In this document: positions 39,388-51,200 of the stretch, piece after piece
Layout of the letters: each line of letters starts with the position of its first letter
How positions within the stretch are numbered: position 1 is the stretch's first letter
From: Owenia fusiformis
Taxonomy: Eukaryota
DNA length: 64,000 bases
Direction: 5' to 3'
Assembly: GCA_903813345.2 (NCBI GenBank)
Contig: CAIIXF020000001.1
Location: forward strand, 3,658,001-3,722,000
The notes under the pieces: generated by a model
The model's database searches: none
Told to the model about the DNA's origin: nothing
What the model saw: the letters and a program-made list of their open reading frames with translations, nothing else
Program-made: the position numbers and the translations under genes

Positions 39388-41928
39388 ATGAGTGCTGACT
39401 CAACACCAGGCCTAAGGCAATGGTAAGCCAACACCACTTTAACATACAGTATGGTACAGGTTCACTCCTTAGATATTGCCAATCACAATCCTTCTCTGTT
39501 TTAAATCTAAATCATTGTTTCATTTGATGCATTTCAGGGATGGTAGAACCACTGTTCCTCAAGTGGTAGTGTCCACAGAGGATGACGCCACATACACAGA
39601 TGCTACCACCACAGTTGTTACCCATCATGTCATAGAGCCTGAACATAACCTTATGGCTCTGTTCCACAACAACTTTAACAAGTCTAGAAGTGTTAGCACA
39701 AGTACGCCATATGTTTCTCGGACTATAGAATCTAACTTACAGCACAGTCCAAGTGGTGAAGTTCCTATCATGTCTCTTGGATACTTCAAGGTAACTGATG
39801 ATCCGCATAATGACAGTTGTTTCAAAGACACTGAACCCATTGATGATAAAAATGCACATTTAGTTCACATGGAGAGTGGTTCCATTACACATGGTTTTGA
39901 AAGTGATGCTATTTGCTCTACAAAAGTGAAGTCTGTATCCATATCCAATAACTTTACTGTTACAAGTAACGATTCTATGGCCTCATACACCATTACAACA
40001 AAGACTCTAGGTACACCAAATGAAGACGCTCGATGTAAAAAACATTTAGACCAGAATTACTCAATAGACTCTGGACATGGAAGTTATGACTCTGGATTGC
40101 CCGAGAGCTTAGATGGGACATCACATTTAGATACATTTGATAGTCACTCATTTATAAGTAGCAATAACTCTTACAGCACAAATGTAGAACAGTCCCAACA
40201 TAGTATAAACTCTCCACAATCTCCTTCGTCAGATGATTTGTGCATCCAATACTCAAAAACAACAGAGTCAATCATAACCTCAAAGCCTCCTATATCTCGA
40301 ACCGTACCTATTTCTGTGGTGGATAAACACAGATGGACATCCACCCCTCAAGATAAATCTGACTACAAGCTAAAGTCAACCCCTGTGCAGTCATCATCAC
40401 ACCATGCATGGAATGAACATTCACCGATTTTGAGTCCATACCAAGACCAAATTTTAAAGAAAATGATGTCACACTTTTCTCCACCAGAGCCAGATCGTTT
40501 GATTGGTCGAAAGATGGGATTAGATGATGTGGATATCTTAGCTGAACTTGATGCACGAAATATCTCTGCTGTATCAACCATATTAGCATATATACCTACT
40601 GAAGATCTTTGCAAGTAAGTACTACAGGCATATTATTGTGATTAATACCACATCTTTTCAGACCTTTGCTCATGATTTAAGCTGAAATGTACTCTCTACT
40701 CAACCTTATATATATTAACTTTGTATCATTCAATAGAGTGATCTAGAATCTAGATGCCTTCCATACATAAATCTCCCCAATATTCTACTTTCTAACATTT
40801 TTCAATTTGTGACCAACATTTCTGTAGTTCTTTATGTTGAGGCTAATGTGATATTGTAATGGACACACTTTTTCTAGTAAAATTGCTCATTTGAAAGATT
40901 GTTCTACATCGCATTTTCTAATTTTGTTTCTAGGATCTGCTTGGTGAGTCAGACTTGGAGAACTATTTGTTACACAGACAAGAGAGCCAACATAAGACGA
41001 CTCACATATCTAGAAAAAACAAATGGAAAGGTAAGACACTTGGCCAGAATTGAGATGTTCTATTATCACAAGATGATATGTTAAACTTCATTAAGATTTT
41101 AATGTGAGTACCACACATGGACAAGGTATTTTTGTCACAATGAAACTGTTGACGAGATGAACAACAATTTTTTGGGATAGTTTATCATAAAATACACTTT
41201 AATATGTAAAAATGTAAAAATAACTGCTCAACTAACCCTTGAAAGTCCTGTTGTCTTCATGTTCAGTTGTATTTTGTAGGAAAACCCATCAACTAAGGGC
41301 TATGCAGAGGTGTCAAAAGAGAATCTTTCCCATCATGCACCAGCAGAGCAACGTCATCCATTGATTACCCGCCAAGTATTAGGTGAAAACTCTCCAACCA
41401 AAGAACCACCAGCCACTCCTCTGGACAACTTCACTAAGGTGAGATAAGCTATCCAAAATAAATCACATATATTAAGATGCTTTGGTAAACCAGTGGTTTC
41501 TCACTTGAGGTTAATATCAATATCATAATAAATATACTGATAAACATGATAATTCATGATGCTGATTTGGGGAAGGTGTAAAAGTCCATTACATTATATT
41601 AAACAAAAACACAAATTTTAACTCAAGTCCAAGTATAAACCATACATAAAACTTATATCTGTATTCTGTATTTCAGGTTAGATCCGTAGCTAAAAATTTA
41701 AAGAACTTTGAATCTCTCAAAAGATGTCCTCGGTGTCAAAGTCCTTCAAGATATTCTGAGGCTGAGGAGCGGGCGAATTGTACAACAAAATCCTGCAAAT
41801 ATGATTTTTGTACTCGCTGTTTGTGTGACTTTCATGGTGCTAGTCCCTGTCCATCAATGATAACCAAGAGGTCAAAAAAGAATACAGTAAACAGCAAGAA
41901 AAGTAAGCAGCGTTTACGTCGATTATGA
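39388..41928 (+). CDS. FBXO43: Emi1/Emi2-family F-box and ZBR APC/C inhibitor (FBXO5/FBXO43-like), ~539 aa; start codon uncertain
   Basis: Exons 39388-39422, 39538-40614, 40934-41030, 41280-41438, 41677-41928 in consistent phase (1620 nt). DSGHGS degron; RLIGRKMGLDDVDILAEL plus F-box (ILAYIPTEDLCKICLVSQTWRTIC); D-box-like RHPL and RQVLGEN; ZBR CPRC..C..C..DFCTRCLCDFH..C; RL tail SKKSKQRLRRL*. The symbol is chosen by synteny; the gene is probably co-orthologous to FBXO5 and FBXO43. Confidence 0.92.
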
Positions 41929-43069
41929 TGATGTGGTTTGGAATACCACACTAAGTTATCCAAAGGTGCTTAGGATCTGCTGGCTGGATCTGTGATATTG
42001 GAATCAAGGACAGTGGTGATACAGTGACACAATGAAACACTGAACAGTGGATGGAGTCTGGGAGTGGAGAGAATTATACAATACATCTCCAAAGTAAATT
42101 CAGGGTTTTCGAGCTCATTCAAACAAGCTCATGTTTTTATACAATTTTATATTTTTTACACTGTTTGAAATGAGTTTTAGTAATTTTATGAAAAGTTTGT
42201 TTTTGGAGCGGAAAACTCTATGTGATGTTAAAAAGTGCTGTATCAAGTTTCTGATCTCTCTGTTGCATAAAACTTGATAACCCTTGTGTTTGAAGAAAAC
42301 AATGGGGAGGACACAGACTTGATGCTAGTCAATGCAATGTTTGTCATAATTTGTCTGTTTGACTGTCACATAAGCATGGATGTGACATGTGATGATGCAT
42401 GACACTAATTGCATTCTGTTAAATCATTGTTATTAGCTTGTTGCCATAGATAATATTGACAAAGTAATTAATTAATTTATTACAAACAAATCAATACTGT
42501 ATTTATTTTACTTAGTTTGATTGCATAGTTTGGCACAGACAATATATCAGATCAGACAATTCAACTATCATTTAGTTTTTTAAATTACACTTTCATCGTC
42601 TGATTTTTTTGTCCATTTGCATCAATGCATAGATCATTTTATGATAAATAACTACAAATAGCATGTTTTAAAAGTAAATATATATCATTCCTATATCAAG
42701 GACAAATAATTGTAGAACTAAATGGAATATAATGAGTATGACATGTCCTCTTCATATATTCTCTTCATATTAAGCTATATGTTACAAATACCGGTGTGTT
42801 CAAAACTGATATCTGCATATTTTAAGAAAGATAGGAAATCAGCAGTACTTTGATGGAATTGGATCATGTGACCTTTGATTGGTGAGTGAGTGCCTGCCTG
42901 TAAAAGTCAATTCTGACATCAACATACTTCAATTTCACATCACAATTCCAAAATAAAATAATTTTAAATATCTGATGAAACCCATTTTGTATGTTTAAAT
43001 GCTTCATCAATACTGAGAAGTTTATAAATTCTCAATATGAATAAGGGGTACTTTAATTTAAAAGTTATA

Positions 43070-44170
43070 CAAGGCATTAACATGACAAAATGTCACCACC
43101 TAGTTGCTCACAATATTATGAGTTCAAACTTAAGTCAGATTTGAATTTCTGAGAGCTTGTAAAGTCAAATTTGAACTTCTGAAAAGATGTAGATGATTTT
43201 GAAAAAAAAATTTGGTCAATTTGAAGCAAGTTGAAAACAGACCTTTTTGACCTTTTTTGACCTTGAGAAGGTCATTAAAGGTCAAATGTCAAATCTGAAG
43301 TCAGATTTGAATTTCTGAGAACATGTAGATGATTTTGAAGAAAAAATTAGTCAATTTGAAGCAAGTTGAAAAAAGACCTTTTCGACCTTTTTGGACCTTG
43401 AAAGGTCATTGAAGGTCAAATGTCAAATCTAAAGTCAAATCTAAAGTCATATTTGAATTTCTGAGAACATGTAGATGATTTTGAAAAAAAATTTAGTCAA
43501 TTTGAAGCAAGTTGAAAACAGACCTTTTTTGACCTTGAGAAGGTCAAATGTCAAATCTAAAGTCATATTTGAATTTCTGAGAACATGTAGATGATTTTGA
43601 AAAAAAATTTAGTCAATTTGAAGCAAGATGAAAAAATACCTTTTTGACCTTTTTTGACATTCAGAAGGTCAAATGTCAAATCTAAAGTCAGATTTGAATT
43701 TCTGAGAACATGTAGATGATTTTGAAAAAAAAAATTAGTCAATTTGAAGCAAGTTGAAAAAAGACCTTTTTGACCTTTTTTGACTTTGAGAAGGTCAAAT
43801 GTCAAATCTTAAGTCAAATCTAAAGTCAGATTTGAATTTCTGAGAACACGTAGATGATTTTGACAATTTTTTTTAGTCAATTTGAAGCAAGTTGAAAACA
43901 GACCTTTTTGACCTTTTTTGACCTTGAGAAGGTCGTTGAAGGTCAAATGTCAAATCTTAAGTCAGATTTGAATTTCTAAGAACACGTAGATGATTTTGAA
44001 AAAAAATTTGAAGTCAGTCTAAACAGTATTTGTTAAGTTATAGGAAGTTGTAAGAAATTGTTACAGACGCCGGACGCCAACCGCCGGACGCCAACCACCA
44101 ACCGCCGGACGCCGTCGCAAAAAAACGGAGACCATAACAATATGTCACCACTTTTGGTGGTGACATAAAA
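43070..44170 (+). mobile_element. Helentron-like element with ~125-145-bp satellite array (~7 units)
   Basis: Subterminal ATGTCACCAC at both ends, 3' hairpin ATGTCACCAC-TTTTG-GTGGTGACAT and CGCCGGACGCC repeats. Internally deleted relatives at ~2456-2548 and ~36520-36650. Confidence 0.75.
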
Positions 44171-45288
44171 ACAGAAACCATACATTATGCCATGTTCATT
44201 CCCAATCAAAGTTCACTTGATGTCTATGCCTCACTAGATACCACAATATCCAATAGATAAGTAACACATATTCTGCATCATGAAATTTGCTCAAATGAAA
44301 ACTACAATATAGATAGATTACTAAGTGTATTACTTTATAGTATAAGAGTAAGACTGCATGAGATTACTGCTATAACATAAGACAGATATAATGTATTCAT
44401 TTTATATGCATCAATTTAGGAAATAAATAAACTTTTACAATATATAAAGATGGTCTATTGTTCATCTTATTATGTTTTAAGGTTGGTAACATACATATAG
44501 GGAGCTCTAAAGTGCATAACATCTCATAAAAATATGATATTATACTGTAACAGGTATTTGAATCTATTACTAATGGTATCAATTTCCTCCATCATTGACA
44601 GTTGAAATTACCTTTGTTTATGTTATTGTAAAAAGCAGCCATCTAACAATTAAGGAAGTTGAATGCACCCAATGATGAAGTAAAAATACTATAATTGTTA
44701 TCTAATGAACTTTTCATGTCATCTTGTACAAATTAACTGGACTAATACTTTATTATGTCATTAGATATTTGCATAAAGCTCATGATCGTTCAAGTGTACA
44801 ATTCAACTTACTTATGGACATGATGATCCCATGAAAATAAGGCACAAGCAAGCATGATGGGATATTTAGGTGATTTCATTTAAGAGTTTGAATTGTTACA
44901 AAGATGGCTCTCACTTCAAAGATTTTATATTTTGAAACGTAAATGATAAGAATACGTTGATGAAATTGAAAAATACATATGAAAAATGTTATCTTTGACA
45001 TTCCATCTTTGCAATAGTGTTATTATATTTTAAATCAACCCTGATATTTACCCGATTGCTCTTTGACATCATGTAGCACGCTGTAAAAAGCATCCTTGGT
45101 GAAACCTACTTCATAGCAATGCAGATTTTAAAAGCATTTAGTTCTTTTTGGCCTAAAATATTGCCTTTAACATAAATAGCCCAGTGTGCAGAGTACAAGA
45201 GCAATGGTGATTTTGTGAACACATACTACAAGCTTTTGATCACAAAATAGGTATTAAAACCTCGGAATATGTAGAAGCTCAACATGTA

Positions 45289-48200
45289 TCAACTTATGCC
45301 AGTCCACTTCAAAGACGTGTAACATAGTTGGTCATTATCGTCTATTGAGCACAAAACTACTGTCTTTTTCACATTGGATCCAAGACGAGCCATGGCAACC
45401 ACATCAAGTGCTGACATCTTTTGCTTGTATGGTAGGCACTTAACAATATAGAACGAATGGAACACTGCAACGTCACCTGCAAATAGAGAGACAGAACAGA
45501 GTATGAGTAAGATATGTTATTTCTGATGCTGGTAGAACACAAAGCTTCAAAATATGTTCTCTGAAAAAGCGAGTTGTTTTAACAGTGAACAACTCATTTG
45601 TATAAACAATATTAAAAATCCTAAATATTTTATAAGATTGCTTACAATTCTAGTGAGGCTCTTTGTAGGTAATAAATAGTCTGTTTAACCTTATTTTAAA
45701 TCCATAATATGAATGATTAAAGCTGCTATTTGCCCCGAAACACAATCTTGGGTTGTTTCGGGGGTGAACTTTATCATTTTGAGCTTAATGAAAGATTACA
45801 GAATGATGAACAAATGGGGCAAATCTTGTGTACAGATACTCACGATAAATGTGTCATTACAAAGATTGTTCATTGAATTGCTTCGATTGTCGACAACGAT
45901 ATAATTTTTGGAAAGTTTCTAAATTAAGAATGTGACGTCATTTCCGAATTATAGCATTCAACATAAGTAGCGTTTAATTACTTCCATCATCAATAATAAG
46001 TTGGTAGCCCTGCGGTAGAATACTCCCTCAGCAGGCACCAGGTTCGAAACCCGCATTCACTTTTTTATTTTTTTAACTAAATGATTGTTCTTTGATATTA
46101 CGCAGAAAAAAACAAGGCACAGGACGTGAACGAGATCACACCATCAAATAGGCAGACACTATGAACCAGGAAAACTGTTCTCCTATTATGTTTACAAATT
46201 TCAAGAACAAGAAAACAAGATGGCCGCCCAAAAGTTAATCAGCTCTAGTACTTGATATCCTCTATCATTTATTTCCAAAATTCCAAAATTTGAAGGAAAT
46301 TCGATGAGCGGTTTTCCTGAAATGGCGATGACAAGATTTTTCGAAAAACCTTCAAAATGGCCGCCAGAAAACAAGATGGCCACCCAAAAGTTAATCAGCT
46401 CTAGTACTTCATATGCTCTATCATCTCTGCGAATTTGGAGAAAATCTGATGAGCAGTTTTCCTTAAACAGCGATGACAAAAAGCGGGACGATCACGACCA
46501 CGACCAGTATGATGACTATATCCCACCGATACATAAACTTTATATTAGAGCTTGAAAATGTAAAAAATACATGTCAACATACTGTGTTTTGGAGCGATGT
46601 GCAGGTTTAAAACAACAAAATTTCAGTTCATTGTTAAATACCTTGATAACAAAGATAAGAACAGTTTATATTGACACAGACTGGACTGCTTCATTACTTC
46701 TGAATCATTTGTATGAATCGTGTATAACGCTGATTGTAAAAATGATAAATCTGTGTCAAAAATTCAATAATTGGGATCATAGATCCCGGCCAGATTTTTT
46801 TGTAGTAGAATCAGTAGCTCAATAATATTTCCTCAAGATGAGACACCTCAGAAAATTTCAAATTTTAAAATGACGATTCGGCAGCCATTTCTGAAAAATA
46901 TGAGACAAATCATACCTCATTCGAAGGGTCTTGTTATTCTTTACCTTTTTTATCACCAATGGCCGTTATTCAAGCAATACTGCGTTGATAAGAGGCCAAA
47001 ACAGTGATATTTTATCGCCGGACTCTTGTCTGTCCAAATCTGAATGTTGCTCCCGTGGTTCCAGAAATGTGACGTCATCATTACAATGATATTTGGACAC
47101 ACAAGAGTCCGGATTTCGTGAAAAATATTCGCCGTATTGAAAGTCAAATAACTGCATCCATAGGTTATTTACTCGAACCAAACAAGTAGAAATAGAAAGA
47201 TGAAGATCTCAGCTATAAAATAAGTGCAAAATCTGTCACGGGGAAACAGGTACCATTTTGTATAAGGAACGTTTTGAAAGGTGGTCACTTTTTTTTCGAA
47301 ATTTTCCAATTTAGTGTCGTATCTTCTGTATTATTCTTTGAGCCTATGATCCTACTACAAAACGATCTGGCCAATATCTGTGATTGGGATAAAAATTATT
47401 TTGTTATGATGATAAACATGATTTTATCAGATTGACTTGACATGCTCATTGTGAGGAAGAAATGATTAATTATTCAATTGAGTTGTAACTATGAAAATAA
47501 TATGACATACAATGGTGGCTTGGATTGACAATATCATAACTAGAAAATGGCGACTCCACAGAGTAGCAAATCCTAACGAATAAATAAATTATTATACATC
47601 TGAAATATGTCACAATATGATTTTTCAGTTTTTTCAATTCATGTTGAGTTTTACAATGTCTCGAAATTATACATAATCTCTGCACACCCGGTGATCGTGA
47701 AAATGGGACGGAGGGGGGAGCAAGCAATTTCTGGTAGAAAAATGAACAAATCTGCAAAAATTATTTTTTCAAGAAAAGGTTTATGATTTAATTGCTAAAC
47801 GAATAGGCGCACGGTATGATAAAATATGTCGCGTATTCTACGAATTTTTTTTGGCCGATTCTCTTCTTAGGTATAAGATCTATTAAAAAATTAGTACCAT
47901 GGGTACTGGGCTCACATGGTCACATTTTTTGCTGATTTTTTGTTACAAAATTATTTCAAGCCATCTGTCTCTCAGTCAATTAAAATGGCTGAAAAAAAAA
48001 CGGATATAATTTTTTGCCAATAATTTGTAACAAAATTATTTCATACAACTACTCTTTACAGTGACATGGCTTTTTGCAATGCAAGACACCTAAAATTATT
48101 TGTAAAGCTAGGAAATGGGCCAAAATTGAATTTCGCGAGACAAAAATGGCGACCATTTTGAAATCAGGCAAGCTTTTGAACCAGGAGTCATAGGGGAGTT

Positions 48201-51200
48201 TTTTGTATTGATGTTGAACAAAAATAACTTGAAACTGGAATCCTATTGACAGAGGTTTTAAGCAAATGGTCCAAAAGAGGATTTCCCGAGACAGATGGAC
48301 AAATCAATGTTAACTAAAATGGCTGAAAATAAAAAAACGGATATAATATTTTGCTGATTATTTGTAACAAAATTATTTCATACAACTACCTTTTACAGTG
48401 ACATGGCTTTTTACAATGCAGGACAGCTGAAATTATTTGTAAAGCTAGGAAATGGGCAAAAAGTGAATTTTGCGAAACAAGAATGGCAACCATTTTGAAA
48501 ATAGGCAAGCTTTTGAACCAAGAGTCATAGGAGAGTTTTTTGTATTGATGTTGAACAAAATTAACTTAAAATGGGAATCCTATCGACAGAGGGTTTAAGG
48601 TAAATGGTCCAAAAGTGGATTTTGCGAGACAGATGGACAAATCAATGTTAACTAAAATGGCTGAAAATAAATAAATGGATATAATTTTTCGCTGATTTTT
48701 CGTAACAAAATTATTTCATACATCTACTCTTTACATTGACATGGATTTTTACAATGTAGGACACCTGAAATTATTTGTAAAGCTAGGAAATGGGTCAAAA
48801 GTGAATTTCGCGAGACAAAAGTGACGGCCATTTTGAAAATAGGCGAGCTTTTGAACCAGGAGTCACAGGGGGGTTTTCTGTATTGATGTTGAACAGAAAT
48901 AACTTAAAACAGGAATCCTATCGACAGAGGTTTTTGTATTGATGTTGAACAAAAATAACTTAAAATGGGATTCCTATCGACAGAGGGTTAAAGGTAAATG
49001 GTCCAAAAGTGAATTTTGCGAGACAGATGGACAAATCAATGTTAACTAAAATGGCTGAAAATAAATAAATGGATATAATTTTTCGCTGATTTTTCATAAC
49101 AAAATTATTTCATACATCTACTCTTTACTTTGCAATGGACTTCTACAATGTAGGACACTTGAAATTATTTGTAAGGCTAGGAAATGGGTCAAAAGTGAAT
49201 TTCGCGAGACAAAAATGGCGGCCATTTTGAAAATAGGCGAGCTTTTGAACCAGGAGTCATAGGGGAGTTTTCTGAATTCATGTTGAACAGAAATAACTTA
49301 AAACAGGAATCCTATCGACAGAGGTTTTAAAACGTGCCACTGTTATTGACAGAAAGTGGATTTCGCGAGTCAGATAGACAAATCAATGTTAACTAAAATG
49401 GCTGAAAATAAAAAAATGGATACAATTTTTCGCTGATTTTTTGTAACAAAATTATTTCATATATCTAATCTTTACATTGACATGGATTTTTACAATGTAG
49501 GACACCTGAAATTATTTGTAAAGCTAGGAAATGAGCCAAAAGTGAATTTCGCGAGACAAAAGTGACGGCCATTTTGAAAATAGGCGAGCTTTTGAACCAG
49601 GAGTCATAGGGGGGTTTTCTGTATTGATGTTGAACAGAAATAACTTAAAACAGGAATCCTATCGACAGAGGTTAGCTAGGAAATGGGCTAAAAGTGAATT
49701 TCGCGAGACAAAAGTGACGGCCATTTTGAAAATAGGCGAGCTTTTGAACCAGGAGTCACAGGGGGGTTTTCTGTATTGATGTTGAACAGAAATAACTTAA
49801 AACAGGAATCCTATCGACAGAGGTTTTAAAACGTGCCACTATTGTTGACGGACGGACGGACAGACGGACGGACGGACAGACAGACGGACAAGTGAGCGAT
49901 TGCAATAGCTCACCATGTGAGCTAAAAAGGCGCAACGCCACCAACGTGCAAAAGTCAATGTTTTTGCTTTAAATCAAGCATCAACGGTCTACACAACCTG
50001 CAATAAATATTTGTAAGTGACATTATCATCATAAAATTAATGACCTTAATGACTTTACAAAATATGTTTCCATACGTTATATAAAAAATAATCGAAAATA
50101 ATTAAAATGGGACGGAGGCGGAGGGGACGGAGGGGGGGGAGGAATATGTCTATAAGATATGATATGGTAACATCACCAGCCGGTGTTGACTTATGAGACA
50201 CATTATACATTTATATCTGAGTGTCACCTATTTGGTCAAATATTACAATAAATACATATATTGCACTAAATGTGAATTGCACATGCATATGGTCAAAGAC
50301 AAGTGTTACAATAAATACATATATTGCACTAAATGTGAATTGCACATGCATATGGTCGAAGACAAGTGTTACAATAAATACATATATTGCACTAAATGTG
50401 AATTGCACATGCATATGGTCGAAGACAAGTGTTACAATAAATACATATATTGCACTAAATGTGAATTGCACATGCATATGGTCGAAGACAAGTGTTACAA
50501 TAAATACATATATTGCACTAAATGTGAATTGCACATGCATATGGTCGAGGACAAATGTTACAATAAATACATATATTGCACTAAATGTGAGATGCATATT
50601 GCATAATGAATCCATATATTACACATATTGCACTAAATGTGAGATGCATATTGCATAATAAACACATATATTACACTTATTGTGAGAAAATATATGCAAA
50701 GTACAGTACAGTATTTGGCGTAATAGGCGATGTGCCCATGGTATGATTGGGTACACTAATTGGGAAACTTCCTGGCAGATTATTTAGTCTAAATTCTACA
50801 TCTGCTGAAGACCAACATAATCAAAAATATTTACTAGATATCTGGTAGCGAGGTTAATAATGAAACAACTTTAGTAACTGCTTACTCGAAAACTTGCATG
50901 TCCAAATAGAAATATGATGCGATGTCTACATTTTTATGATAAGTCTTCAAAAAATAAAGACTATTAAGTATACACATTTTTCTAAATAAATAAATAAATA
51001 TTATTGAAAAAGATAAACGCTCTCCTCCAAGATTTTGATAATCCTAAATAAATCTAACTACGAATACAACTTGTTATCAATTCCTAACCCATTGTAATTG
51101 AGGAGAAAATGGGAAAATTTGGATATAAAGTGAAGTAACATCTCTCATCATGTCGTATAGACATTTTGCTCCCCCCTCCATCCCCTCCCCCCCTCCGTCC

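Noticed and set aside
50193-50658. Cys/His-rich repeat ORFs resembling zinc fingers
   Set aside because: 63-bp minisatellite inside a mobile element; no splice support.
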